From the sequence record NC_041994.1: DNA of 64,000 nt; one strand, 5' to 3'. The stretch's first letter is position 1, and each line of letters starts with the position of its first letter. A model generated the notes under the pieces. The model had not been told where the DNA came from, made no database searches, and worked only from the letters and a program-made list of their open reading frames with translations. A program made the position numbers and the translations under genes. Positions 47,044 to 56,592 of the stretch are shown here, one piece after another.

Positions 47044-47358
47044 ATGTTTAGACAGAGCTACACGATCGCCCACGGCGGTCGCTATGAACTCGGCCAGCAT
47101 CTGAGCCGTATTGGCAAGGTCAAGCTGATCTCCATTACGGTCAACGGAAAGCTGATTCGTTACTCCAATCTGATTCACCGCGAGTCAGATAGTCCAACAC
47201 GGTTCTACATTGAAATCGGCAGGAGTTTCACGCCGTGTGATGGTGGAATGGTGATGGTCAATAAAGATGATCGGGTGATTGAGACTTTTGTCTCGTCAGA
47301 CCGCTTTCACGACAGCGTCGTTGTTACGCTGGAAATATACGCGGAGGGGGAGTCTTAG
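47044..47358 (+). CDS. hypothetical protein
   Basis: SD aagg; followed by a hairpin. Confidence 0.6.
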   Translation: MFRQSYTIAHGGRYELGQHLSRIGKVKLISITVNGKLIRYSNLIHRESDSPTRFYIEIGRSFTPCDGGMVMVNKDDRVIETFVSSDRFHDSVVVTLEIYAEGES

Positions 47359-47397
47359 ACTCCCCTTGCTTTATGTTCGCCTATACGTTTTCAAACC

Positions 47398-47405
47398 TAT
47401 ATCAC
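47398..47405 (+). promoter_or_regulatory. putative early promoter TATATCAC upstream of ligA
   Basis: Exact motif, intergenic. Confidence 0.7.
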
Positions 47406-47434
47406 GTATGGGATAACCACCTTGGAGAGCAGTA

Positions 47435-49588
47435 ATGGATGTGAATGAAGCCGATCTAAAGATTGGCATTCTCCGGGACGAGATCAATCGGCATGATCAC
47501 CGGTACTATGTGCTGGACGATCCGATTATCAAAGACCCGGACTACGACAATCTGATGTTCCAGCTGCGCGAGCTGGAAAAGAAGTTCCCCAATCTGGTTA
47601 CTCCCACTTCCCCCACCCAGCGCGTCGGTGGTTGGCGCAGTAATCAATTTGAGCCGGTGGCACACGACTTCCCAATGTTGAGTTTGGGTAACGTGTTCAA
47701 CATCGAAGAGCTGGTTGCATGGTGCCGTACGCTACCACTCGGTACGGTGATCCTCTGCGAGTACAAGTTCGACGGCTTGAGTCTAAGCTTGACGTACGAG
47801 GGTGGTCTACTGGTGCGGGCTGTCACACGGGGTGATGGTTCGGTGGGTGAAGACGTCACTCTTAACGCTGTGCATGTGGACGGTATTCCGAAGAAGCTGC
47901 CGTATGCAGATCCGGCGTCGGTTGTTACGGTGCGGGGTGAAGTGGTGGTGCCTAAGGCCACGTTCGAACGCATTCAGGCTGAGCTGGAAGCAGCGGGTGA
48001 GAAGAAGTTCGCTAACGAGCGTAACTATGCTGCGGGCAGTCTGCGGCAGAAGCGTCCCGAGATCACCAAGGAACGTGGGTTGCAGTTCTACGCCTACAGC
48101 TGCAATAGTACCGACGGTAGTCATCCTCGGCATTCGCTGGGCATGGCATGGCTGGCCAAGAATGGTTTCCATGTGTCTACCTGCGTGGGTGAGTTCGATT
48201 GCCCGGTTGACGAAAGCCTGATCACCCTAGCGGTTGCTGTGGCGGGTGGTGAACGTCAGAAGCTGCCGTTTGTGATCGACGGGTTGGTGTTCAAGGTTGA
48301 CGATGCCAAGATCCAAAAGGAACTCGGTTTCCGTTCTCGTGAACCACGTTGGGCAACGGCTTATAAGTTCCCAGCAATGCAGGTCGGTTCCAAGATCGAA
48401 GACGTCGACTTCCAAGTAGGACGCACAGGCAACATCACTCCGGTGGCGCGGATCACTCCGGTGCGTGTACATGGTGTGGTCGTAACCAACGTGACCTTGC
48501 ACAACGTGGATGAAATCGCTCGCCTGGGTATTGGCATCGGTAGTCGTGTGATCATCGAGCGTCGTGGTGACGTGATTCCGAAGGTCATGTGTATTGATCC
48601 TGACTACAAGGTCGGACCAATCACCCCGATCGCTGTACCAACGGCTTGTCCGGTGTGTAATGGCCCGGTGTCTCCACGGATGCGTAAGGAAGGGAAAGAG
48701 CTCGTGGTGAGTCCGGTGATCTACTGCACCAACCACAAGTTCTGCCTCGGCCAACGCAAAGCCATGTTGGAATGGTTCGTGGGGCGTGAGGGTTTGGACA
48801 TCGACGACTTCGGTACTGAAACCGTGGATCAACTCGTCGAGGAAGGTAAGCTGGGTAAGTGGGGCGATATCTATCGCTTGACCTACGATGACTTTGACGG
48901 TTTGGATGGTTGGGCTGAAAGCAGCATTACCAAACTCCTGACCAACATCAAGGCATCCAAGATCACCACACAGGTGGCGTTCTTGACAGCACTCGGCATA
49001 AACGGCGCCTCCATCGGCACCTGTCGTCGGATGGTTGAAGCGCTGGGTTCGCTGGACAAGATCTTCCATGCCAGTCAGCAGACGTTGGAACAGATCCGGG
49101 ACATCGGTGTAGACACGGCGACGTCGGTCGTGGAATGGTATCGCGAGAACTACGGCGATGTGCAGGACTTGCTGGCACAGAAGTTCAAGTTCACTGACGT
49201 ACGCGATGTCAACGATGACCTGCGTGGTACGTTCACCGAGAAGGCATTGCTCAAGGTCGCCAAGCGTGATGCGTTGAGTAATGACGGCATTGACTTCCTG
49301 CGTCAACAGTGGATCAACTGGGGGCTGCACGAGTCGTGCGACAAGGTGGAACGTGAGGCATTGCCACTGGAAGGACAGACCTGGGTCTTAACCGGTAATC
49401 TGGCTCACTTCAGTCGTAACGAAGCCACAGAGCGCTTGCGTGCACTCGGGGCTACCGTAACAGGCAGTGTGTCGAAGAACACCACCACGGTCATTGCAGG
49501 GCCTGGCGCTGGTGCCAAAGAGAAAGAAGCGGCGACACTGGGCGTACCGGTGCGCGGAGAGGATTACTTAATCTCCGTGCTCAAATAA
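47435..49588 (+). CDS. ligA: NAD+-dependent DNA ligase
   Basis: EYKFDG, VRGE, DGLVFK, AYKFP, VGRTG, GDVIP, C4 zinc finger, HhH repeats and BRCT. Confidence 0.98.
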   Translation: MDVNEADLKIGILRDEINRHDHRYYVLDDPIIKDPDYDNLMFQLRELEKKFPNLVTPTSPTQRVGGWRSNQFEPVAHDFPMLSLGNVFNIEELVAWCRTLPLGTVILCEYKFDGLSLSLTYEGGLLVRAVTRGDGSVGEDVTLNAVHVDGIPKKLPYADPASVVTVRGEVVVPKATFERIQAELEAAGEKKFANERNYAAGSLRQKRPEITKERGLQFYAYSCNSTDGSHPRHSLGMAWLAKNGFHVSTCVGEFDCPVDESLITLAVAVAGGERQKLPFVIDGLVFKVDDAKIQKELGFRSREPRWATAYKFPAMQVGSKIEDVDFQVGRTGNITPVARITPVRVHGVVVTNVTLHNVDEIARLGIGIGSRVIIERRGDVIPKVMCIDPDYKVGPITPIAVPTACPVCNGPVSPRMRKEGKELVVSPVIYCTNHKFCLGQRKAMLEWFVGREGLDIDDFGTETVDQLVEEGKLGKWGDIYRLTYDDFDGLDGWAESSITKLLTNIKASKITTQVAFLTALGINGASIGTCRRMVEALGSLDKIFHASQQTLEQIRDIGVDTATSVVEWYRENYGDVQDLLAQKFKFTDVRDVNDDLRGTFTEKALLKVAKRDALSNDGIDFLRQQWINWGLHESCDKVEREALPLEGQTWVLTGNLAHFSRNEATERLRALGATVTGSVSKNTTTVIAGPGAGAKEKEAATLGVPVRGEDYLISVLK

Positions 49589-49623
49589 CAGCGGGTGGAC
49601 AAGGACGTCCATCAGGAGGTTAA

Positions 49624-49818
49624 ATGGCTAACCCGAATAACTGCACTACCTGCGACTATAAACAGATGCGGGGTGCTGAACACGATCCTACATTGCACTG
49701 CTACATGTTTCGTGACGAACCTGACGAACAATGTATGCAGCACACAGGTCATCGTGATGATGATCTGAAATTTAAAGACTTACTCCGCGCCGTGGTTGCG
49801 CATAAGGACGTCCCATGA
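49624..49818 (+). CDS. small zinc-finger-like protein
   Basis: CTTC...HC...C..H; SD aggagg. Confidence 0.7.
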   Translation: MANPNNCTTCDYKQMRGAEHDPTLHCYMFRDEPDEQCMQHTGHRDDDLKFKDLLRAVVAHKDVP

Positions 49819-50441
49819 CTACCGCTGTACTGACACCAAAGTTTATCCTGTCCGATTGCCGAGTCACCAGTACGATCACGGTCAAAGACCAACAAGGTAC
49901 CGAACACAAGGTTAAAGGTTCGACGGACACCTACAGTAAACAGGGTGATCTGAACATCCGTGAACCGGAAGGCGACCACAACCTGGAAGCCTATGTGATC
50001 TTTGGTGAGATTCCAACCGCTGAAGCACTGGTGGCATTGGCCAAAGCAACTGGGTTTGTAAACATCACCATGGTCCTGGCGGCGGTGGCGATGTTCAATA
50101 TCAAGGTACCCACTACCCCAACAGGCTTTGCCTGGGTAAACGGTTCCGGACGTATTGGCTGGCTGATCATTGAGGATGGTCAGTACTTGTTGGGGTATGC
50201 TCCGGAAGGTACCGAGTATGTTTGCTTCGGCAGCGGTAAGGGCTACTTTGAAGCCAGCTACGAGCGCACCGGAGATATCCTCACGGCTTTCACCCAAGCG
50301 ATACATCGTGACCCATTGTCGTCAGACCTGACGTACGATCACCATGATGTTGAATCCGGTGTCACCAGTCGGATGGTATTGTCTCAGGCTGAAGTCCCAA
50401 CGCTTGAGACACTGTTGCCTGTACTGGATGCTACGGCATAG
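49815..50441 (+). CDS. hypothetical protein
   Basis: ATGA overlap. Confidence 0.75.
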   Translation: MTTAVLTPKFILSDCRVTSTITVKDQQGTEHKVKGSTDTYSKQGDLNIREPEGDHNLEAYVIFGEIPTAEALVALAKATGFVNITMVLAAVAMFNIKVPTTPTGFAWVNGSGRIGWLIIEDGQYLLGYAPEGTEYVCFGSGKGYFEASYERTGDILTAFTQAIHRDPLSSDLTYDHHDVESGVTSRMVLSQAEVPTLETLLPVLDATA

Positions 50442-50923
50442 TGGATTCACAGCTTATAGTAGTGGACTTCAGTCGCGTCAAACGTGAGATCGAGTTTCAG
50501 CAACTGACGGGGTTCACTACAGACACCATCAGTTACTATCGAGATGACCTCTTTGACGAGTTCTCAGCGTATCTGTTTAACTACGAGCGTTGGGGCGAGC
50601 GTCCACTATTCCAGCTGGCGTTTCTCTATCCGGAGAACCCAAACCCGAGTCCAGGGGTTTACGTGACACCCGTCACGCAGGACTTCATCGTACACAGATC
50701 GTGCCAACGATATGCGGCATGGTCTAAAGGTCTTCTGACCGCAGTAGTCCACAAACAGAAGCACACCGTGTGTGGCTTCGCCTCTACCGAGAAATACCCT
50801 GACCTTGGCAATGTACTGTCATGGTTGGTGGAGCCAATCGAAGGAGAAACAACATGCGAAACATACCAGTCGAGGCGATTCATACCGCCCGAAAGCGAAG
50901 ACAGTTTGTCGGCGTTAATCTGA
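50441..50923 (+). CDS. hypothetical protein
   Basis: GTG start coupled to the upstream stop. Confidence 0.7.
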   Translation: MDSQLIVVDFSRVKREIEFQQLTGFTTDTISYYRDDLFDEFSAYLFNYERWGERPLFQLAFLYPENPNPSPGVYVTPVTQDFIVHRSCQRYAAWSKGLLTAVVHKQKHTVCGFASTEKYPDLGNVLSWLVEPIEGETTCETYQSRRFIPPESEDSLSALI

Positions 50924-50985
50924 CGATCATCGTAGCTGGTGTCTGCTATGGTTTGATCGAGTTATTCAAGCCGTTGCTTGCGTAA
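50854..50985 (+). CDS. 43 aa membrane peptide (not in ORF track)
   Basis: SD aaggag; MRNIPVEAIHTARKRRQFVGVNLTIIVAGVCYGLIELFKPLLA. Confidence 0.55.
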   Translation: MRNIPVEAIHTARKRRQFVGVNLTIIVAGVCYGLIELFKPLLA

Positions 50986-51019
50986 CAGAAACAAACTACA
51001 GTGTGTGTAATAGTATAGG

Positions 51020-51245
51020 TTAACGACTCACCCTCGGTGACCCCTGCTCTTTAAAATCCGTGTAACACCCCTCAACGACCTCGTTGTCGTGATTATCTCT
51101 TGCACCCCAGCCAGAGATGGGAAATCCAAAGTGAAACCTCTCGGCAGCCAGTTCACAGAACACGGCGGCCTATATTGGATCTGATCGGCGGAGAGTACTG
51201 TACCGTGTGGAAGTGTAGCCCGCCCTTCGGGGCGGGTCTATGCCC
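51020..51245 (+). ncRNA. candidate structured non-coding RNA
   Basis: Non-coding gap with several short stems, an AT-rich upstream region and a terminal UUCG hairpin. Confidence 0.3.
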
Positions 51246-51265
51246 GCTCTATTCATTTTCACGTC

Positions 51266-51273
51266 TATATCAC
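51266..51273 (+). promoter_or_regulatory. putative early promoter TATATCAC
   Basis: Exact motif, intergenic. Confidence 0.7.
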
Positions 51274-51296
51274 AGACATGAATCCTCAACCTACAG

Positions 51297-51707
51297 GTGG
51301 TCATCATGCGTGCCCGTTGCACTACGATGCAAGAAATGAAAGCATATACCTGCGAAGAGTCCGGTTGTAACTTCAGGCCGTCTTATCAGGTCATGGATAC
51401 TGACAGTGGCGGTTGTGCCACGACGAAGTATCTGTGTAACGACCATTATGCCGACTTCCAGCATCAGCAGGTCCAAGCCCACACCAAAGAGTATTGTGAG
51501 CTCTGCGGTAACCCAGACACCGAGTTCTTTGACTCGCCGAAGTTTGACGATGCCAACCCCGGCAAGATCTATCGGGTTTGTTCAGGTTGTAAAGCCGAAC
51601 AGGAAGAGTTGGCCCGGGAAGAGTTTGAAGAAGAGGAAACCCCGGCCGTACCAGAACCCGATCCAGACGGTCGGGATCTTGACGATTCCAAATACGACGA
51701 GTTCTGA
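51297..51707 (+). CDS. multi-zinc-finger protein with acidic tail
   Basis: CEESGC, C...LCNDH, CELC and CSGC, then a Glu/Asp-rich end. Confidence 0.75.
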   Translation: MVIMRARCTTMQEMKAYTCEESGCNFRPSYQVMDTDSGGCATTKYLCNDHYADFQHQQVQAHTKEYCELCGNPDTEFFDSPKFDDANPGKIYRVCSGCKAEQEELAREEFEEEETPAVPEPDPDGRDLDDSKYDEF

Positions 51708-52165
51708 TGATGCTCAAGAATAAAGACGACAAGACGTACGAAGGCGAGGCAGCCATTACCAACGTATACAACGACCTTGGCGATGAGGTACTCCGTGATC
51801 TGTGGTGTACCAATACATTCGACGCCAATGACATCCTGACCATTCACTCACCAACCGATCCATTGGGTCGGGTATGGACGTTGAAGTACGACGACCTCAG
51901 TGTCACCCGTTTCTGCGCACTGCCTCGACAACTCACTGATCTCGTGTTCTACGGCTCCGACGTGGCTCATGGTATCTACACCTTCATGCAGGGTCATGGT
52001 GAAGACCCCTTGCTCAAAGTGATGGCTGATGGGGTAATATGGGAACCCGGCGATGTATTCACCATCCACTATGACTCAGAGCGTAAGCTTCAGCCATGGT
52101 GGACACTGGAGACAGCCGACAACCTGCTCTTCAAGAAGCCAGCACCGTATCCGGAGAAACCATGA
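51707..52165 (+). CDS. hypothetical protein, paralogue of the next gene
   Basis: FTIHY...PWWTLETAD. Confidence 0.75.
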   Translation: MMLKNKDDKTYEGEAAITNVYNDLGDEVLRDLWCTNTFDANDILTIHSPTDPLGRVWTLKYDDLSVTRFCALPRQLTDLVFYGSDVAHGIYTFMQGHGEDPLLKVMADGVIWEPGDVFTIHYDSERKLQPWWTLETADNLLFKKPAPYPEKP

Positions 52166-52611
52166 GTGACGTTAAATACTATCGTGGGCCTACTGAAATA
52201 CGAACCGCCCTTCGTGAGATCGATGAAACCTTCTATTCCCACTATCTATCCGGTATTCCAAAAAGCAGCATCCGAGATAAGGATGTGTTGGAGGTATATC
52301 CAGATAACGATATCCAACTACGACGGTGGCGTTTGAACCTACGACTAACGTGGATACAGACCTACCGAAATATCAAGCCGGGTGGTGAGTCCATTGTCAT
52401 TACCGGCGACGCGATTAATGACGCTATCCTTTCATTTATCTGTGGTTTTGGCACCGACGTGTTGTTAAAGCATCTGGTCCATTCAAGAGCTTTCGTAAAA
52501 GAAGATTGTTTTACGGTACATTACTTAAATCGTGATATACGACCCACTTGGAAATTGGAAACAGCAGACGGTGAGGTTCTAATGTGTCCACCGAAGATGG
52601 AGTCAGTATGA
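52162..52611 (+). CDS. hypothetical protein, paralogue of the previous gene
   Basis: FTVHY...PTWKLETAD. Confidence 0.75.
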   Translation: MSDVKYYRGPTEIRTALREIDETFYSHYLSGIPKSSIRDKDVLEVYPDNDIQLRRWRLNLRLTWIQTYRNIKPGGESIVITGDAINDAILSFICGFGTDVLLKHLVHSRAFVKEDCFTVHYLNRDIRPTWKLETADGEVLMCPPKMESV

Positions 52612-52964
52612 ACAAAGTAAAGCTTGATCTGTGTGCTAACGATAAGCCGATTATCAACTATAACCTGGAAGACGTGGATGCGTCCCAGTACTCGATCTGG
52701 GTAGACCCGACTGACCTCCACCAGTTCGCCAGACACTTCACGTTTCTGTTGGGTGGTGCACACGGCATCATGCGTACAGCAGCCGCCGAAGGGAATACGT
52801 TCTCGATTGAAGTCACCAGTGATCTGACTGAAGAGCAGGTGCGCGCCGTCGAGGCAGCTCTGAAGTACACCGTGGAATTCGTTACTCCGGTGTTGGGTGG
52901 TAAAGGCTTTACGCTGGACCTTGATCGTTTAGGTTTCATTGCTAATCCCCTAGTCCGACATTGA
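52608..52964 (+). CDS. hypothetical protein
   Basis: ATGA overlap. Confidence 0.7.
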   Translation: MNKVKLDLCANDKPIINYNLEDVDASQYSIWVDPTDLHQFARHFTFLLGGAHGIMRTAAAEGNTFSIEVTSDLTEEQVRAVEAALKYTVEFVTPVLGGKGFTLDLDRLGFIANPLVRH

Positions 52965-52971
52965 GGTAATC

Positions 52972-53319
52972 ATGACTGTTCTTAAAATTGACTTCAGGGT
53001 CAATGGTGTTAGTAACTGGGCTGGTCACGGTGGACAGCCCTACTTGCCAGCACCGGTCGATAACGAACAGAAGGTCATTAGCGACATTGCCTTCTTGGCT
53101 GGTTATGCCTGGTATCACGTCAAGTATGAGGCTAAGCCTGAAGATGACATACGTATCGTTTGCGAAGCGCCTTTCGATGCCCCTGATCATCGCACTATCG
53201 CACTGCTACTCCACAAAGCACATGTGTACCTTCTGAACGACCTCGGTAACTTTGTCGAAATTGGACTGAATTCAGAAGAACGTTACTTCACATTCAAACC
53301 GATGCCTAAGGAGGCATAA
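52972..53319 (+). CDS. hypothetical protein
   Basis: SD gagg. Confidence 0.7.
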   Translation: MTVLKIDFRVNGVSNWAGHGGQPYLPAPVDNEQKVISDIAFLAGYAWYHVKYEAKPEDDIRIVCEAPFDAPDHRTIALLLHKAHVYLLNDLGNFVEIGLNSEERYFTFKPMPKEA

Positions 53320-53834
53320 TGTCTGCATTCCACCGCCACTCCATTTTCACCCGACTGTTCATCAAACGCCTGGAGCGCTTGGACCCAGCCGGTTACCTGA
53401 ACGCGCCCGCTCTGGAAGAGCAACCGCTCACCATCGACATGCTGCTCGATGTGGCGTACCACATGACGCGTCTGGAGCCCCTGCGTGAAAACATCGCCCA
53501 TGGTGCGGTGATCGAACGCATCCTGCGTCAGCGTGACTTCTGGATCGTTGTACCGGCCTACCATGGTGCGGTAGCGGTGAGCGAAGATGGCTCGCAAGTC
53601 TGGTGGACCAAGAACCTCGCAGATCGCGTCGGTACCTACTTCACCAAAGACCGTGTCGAACTGGAGCTGTTGGTTAAGCTCTGTGTCGCACTCGGCCTGG
53701 GGCTGTCACGTTTGATCACTTACGTGGCAACCTGCGATACCCAGACCAATGGTCAGTACCAAGAGATCAAAGACTCGATCTACGCAGTCACTCGTGCATT
53801 GACTGGCGAGCGCTTGATTCAAGAGCTGAGCTGA
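53319..53834 (+). CDS. hypothetical protein
   Basis: SD aaggagg; TAATG coupling. Confidence 0.75.
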   Translation: MSAFHRHSIFTRLFIKRLERLDPAGYLNAPALEEQPLTIDMLLDVAYHMTRLEPLRENIAHGAVIERILRQRDFWIVVPAYHGAVAVSEDGSQVWWTKNLADRVGTYFTKDRVELELLVKLCVALGLGLSRLITYVATCDTQTNGQYQEIKDSIYAVTRALTGERLIQELS

Positions 53835-53881
53835 CATAGACCCCTCCCGTAACTGGGAGGGGCTTATGCCATCTTTCTTTT

Positions 53882-54766
53882 TTACTTGACCGAAGCGTCG
53901 ATCCAGGCAACAGCGCCTTTCAGCCAGGCGTAGAACGCATCGTAGCCGACGCACTTACGCTTGTAGTAATCGCTTTCGAAGCTGGAGGTGAACTCGTAGA
54001 CTTCGTTGATCAGTTTGAAGCAGAGGTTGCGGTTGGCCACATCGCTGCCGTAGGTGGCCTGCGACAGTACCTTGGCACCGTCGTTGGAGTACAGATACCA
54101 GCGCTTGTTCAGCGTGGTGTCGAAGTGCTCGGACCAGCGCTCGTGATAGCCATAGTGACTGAAGAATGCATCGGCCATGTAGACGATACTCGCCACCAGC
54201 TTCTCGCACTGTTCGCGAGTCAGTGCAGGTAGCTTGGCGCCTTCCATGCTGACGTCGAACTTCTGGTCCAGCACAGCGAACTTCGGCGCAGTGTAAGACA
54301 GATCACGAGCATCGAGGAAAGCCTTGAGCTTTTCTGGGCTGTTGTAGTGGTACGCCTTGACGAACTCGAAGGTGGGTTCCACGCGTTTGAAGTAAGGCTC
54401 AGCCATCGCCTTGTTCTTCTTGTTGGCCGCAATCCAGGCATCGCCCAGTGCACGCATACCGGCGTTGTAGTCACCAGTGAATGGCTTGCCGTATTTGCTG
54501 ACAGACACTTCACCTTCAGCGAAGCGGCGTTTGGCCAGCCACTCTGGGTTCAGGTAAGTCTTGTTCAGGGTGTCCTTGTTCAGAACAGGGGTACCCTTGT
54601 CGTTGGTCAGTTTCGGCGTACGGCCATGGCGGATGTTACGCCACACGTCACCGATGGATTGGAAGAAACCTTCGTTGGACACGACCAGGTAGTGTTCGAA
54701 CGAGACGCGCTCGTCGCCCACGTTGCCGATGTTTTCGTCCAGGAACTTCTGGATGTTTTCGCTCAT
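53882..54766 (-). CDS. internal head protein paralogue (phiKZ gp93/95/162/163-type, inferred)
   Basis: Acidic propeptide, VSNE|GF, YLNPEWLAKR, ends WIDASVK. Confidence 0.75.
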   Translation of the reverse strand: MSENIQKFLDENIGNVGDERVSFEHYLVVSNEGFFQSIGDVWRNIRHGRTPKLTNDKGTPVLNKDTLNKTYLNPEWLAKRRFAEGEVSVSKYGKPFTGDYNAGMRALGDAWIAANKKNKAMAEPYFKRVEPTFEFVKAYHYNSPEKLKAFLDARDLSYTAPKFAVLDQKFDVSMEGAKLPALTREQCEKLVASIVYMADAFFSHYGYHERWSEHFDTTLNKRWYLYSNDGAKVLSQATYGSDVANRNLCFKLINEVYEFTSSFESDYYKRKCVGYDAFYAWLKGAVAWIDASVK

Positions 54767-55758
54767 TACTTCACCGAGGCGTCAATAAGACGGGCGTAGG
54801 CCCGGATGATCGAATCCACGTGCAGCAGATGGAACTGCAACATGCGATTCGGAATTTGGTAAACTGGCTTGATCAGATCCAGCATGCGTTTGTGCGCCTC
54901 GACGTCAACACCCTTGTCGCGATGCTCCAGCGATTCGGCGGTGGTGATGTACTGTTGGAGCTGTTCGCCGAAACCTTTGAGGTGGCCGAAGGACTTCAGG
55001 TTGTAGAAGTCTTTACGCAGGTTGGCCAGGATGTCGAGAGACTCAGACACCTTGATGATCGCCCCGGCGCAAGTCACGATTTCTTCAGCGTTCAGCGAAG
55101 CGCGCTTGTCTTCTTTCAGACGGTCGGCGTTGAATGGCTTATCGCTGTCGGCCATGATGGTGAGAACGCGCTGTACGTGCGTGTTACCGAACGTGGTGCG
55201 GTAGTTCACGGTCATGCGGATCTGCGACTTCTCCAGTGCTTCACGGAAGTCTTCAACCTCGAACAGGTTCAGGGCATCCACGTCGAAGTGGTTGACCTTG
55301 TGCAGAATGCGCTTGAGTTCGATGTCGATGTGACGCAGGTATTCGGAGTACGCATCGGACACCTTGCGCAGCTTCTCCAGGAAGTCACCCACTGGACCGT
55401 CGAGGTCTTGGGTTTGGATCAACCCGCCGATACCGATATAGTCGTAGGAACGATCCAGACGGATTGGGGTGCCGGCACGGATCGTGCGTTTGGACAGCCA
55501 CTCTGGATTGAGGTAGGTTTTCTTCAGCGAGGCGATGATCACATCACGCTGTTTGAACCAACCGCCAGACATCGTCCCAACACCGGGCTTACCGTCTTCG
55601 GTCAGCCAGAGCCAGAAGCGTTTGAGGACTTCAGTAAAGCCCTCGTTAGAAATGGTTTCACCGTCAGTACCGAACAGTGAGTTGATATGCGTTTCGACTG
55701 GCACAACGGCGTCGGTGGCGACTCCAGTGTTCTCATCGAGATAGTTGTTAATGTCCAC
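54766..55758 (-). CDS. internal head protein paralogue
   Basis: GTG start (MDINNYLDEN) with SD aagggg; ISNE|GF; YLNPEWL; ends LIDASVK. Confidence 0.75.
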   Translation of the reverse strand: MDINNYLDENTGVATDAVVPVETHINSLFGTDGETISNEGFTEVLKRFWLWLTEDGKPGVGTMSGGWFKQRDVIIASLKKTYLNPEWLSKRTIRAGTPIRLDRSYDYIGIGGLIQTQDLDGPVGDFLEKLRKVSDAYSEYLRHIDIELKRILHKVNHFDVDALNLFEVEDFREALEKSQIRMTVNYRTTFGNTHVQRVLTIMADSDKPFNADRLKEDKRASLNAEEIVTCAGAIIKVSESLDILANLRKDFYNLKSFGHLKGFGEQLQQYITTAESLEHRDKGVDVEAHKRMLDLIKPVYQIPNRMLQFHLLHVDSIIRAYARLIDASVK

Positions 55759-55793
55759 AGTTAACCCCTTGGCCATTGCGTAAATGTTTACCA

Positions 55794-55797
55794 CATA
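55794..55797 (-). promoter_or_regulatory. putative late promoter TATG
   Basis: TATG 36-39 nt upstream of the head-protein start. Confidence 0.5.
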
Positions 55798-55866
55798 TCG
55801 TTAGCCAAGATCTACGCCAGACGCCTATTTTGTAGTGTTTCAACTAATCACCAAAGGTTTATAACC

Positions 55867-56133
55867 GTGTCAGAAATATCCCGTGCTGAGTTTGACGATC
55901 TCATGCAACGTAATGGTTTCGTCATTGACAACGAAGACTATGTTGTCTGTAACTTGTGCAGTGCCAACTGTGGTCAATGCGGGGTGGGTGTACATCAGTC
56001 CAAGTGCCAAGAGTACTACGACACACATCCTGAAGAATTCAAACTGATGGCCAAACTTAAAAAGATGCCGATACCCTCGCCTATGGTTATCCTAATGACC
56101 ATGGCGTCGATCGCACACACTTTCTTCCAGTGA
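55867..56133 (+). CDS. small Cys-rich protein
   Basis: CNLCSANCGQC...C. Confidence 0.65.
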   Translation: MSEISRAEFDDLMQRNGFVIDNEDYVVCNLCSANCGQCGVGVHQSKCQEYYDTHPEEFKLMAKLKKMPIPSPMVILMTMASIAHTFFQ

Positions 56134-56141
56134 GGGATAAC

Positions 56142-56579
56142 ATGCCTAGAGCCAAGCGATACAAGTTTACTCAGACGGGCATGTGGCCCAGTGCTACCGG
56201 TGAATACTGTTTGGTGGCTGATGTAGCGATGGATGTACAACGCGCTGCTGAGTACCGAGCCCTGAACAAACGACTGAAGGCTTTAGGTCATGTTTCACTG
56301 GAAGCGATGATCGAGCAGATGGAAGTCGAGCAAGCTGCTCACGAAAGAACCGTGGGTCGCATTGAACCGGAGCCACATCATCGTAAGTATTTCAAAGTAC
56401 CCGCCGGTGACCAAGAGCGGGGCTTTAAGTTAGTGCGTGTTCAAGCAGGACACGGACAATTGCAAGTCGATGACAAGATGGACATCTGGGTGCGGTTCCA
56501 GAACTACACACTCAGTGAAACCATCAAAACAGTTTTCATCGACAAAGACCTTCGCATTACACGGATCAGTCACGTATAG
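56142..56579 (+). CDS. hypothetical protein, paralogue of the next gene
   Basis: KRLKALG...RIEP...GDQERGF...IDKDLRIT. Confidence 0.75.
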   Translation: MPRAKRYKFTQTGMWPSATGEYCLVADVAMDVQRAAEYRALNKRLKALGHVSLEAMIEQMEVEQAAHERTVGRIEPEPHHRKYFKVPAGDQERGFKLVRVQAGHGQLQVDDKMDIWVRFQNYTLSETIKTVFIDKDLRITRISHV

Positions 56580-56592
56580 ACTTGGGGGAAAC

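Noticed and set aside
48227-49330. 367 aa - strand ORF
   Set aside because: Shadow of ligA.
51095-51170. c-di-GMP-I riboswitch (GGGAAA/GTGAAA words)
   Set aside because: Spacing and paired regions do not fit the consensus as I recall it; kept only as a generic ncRNA candidate.
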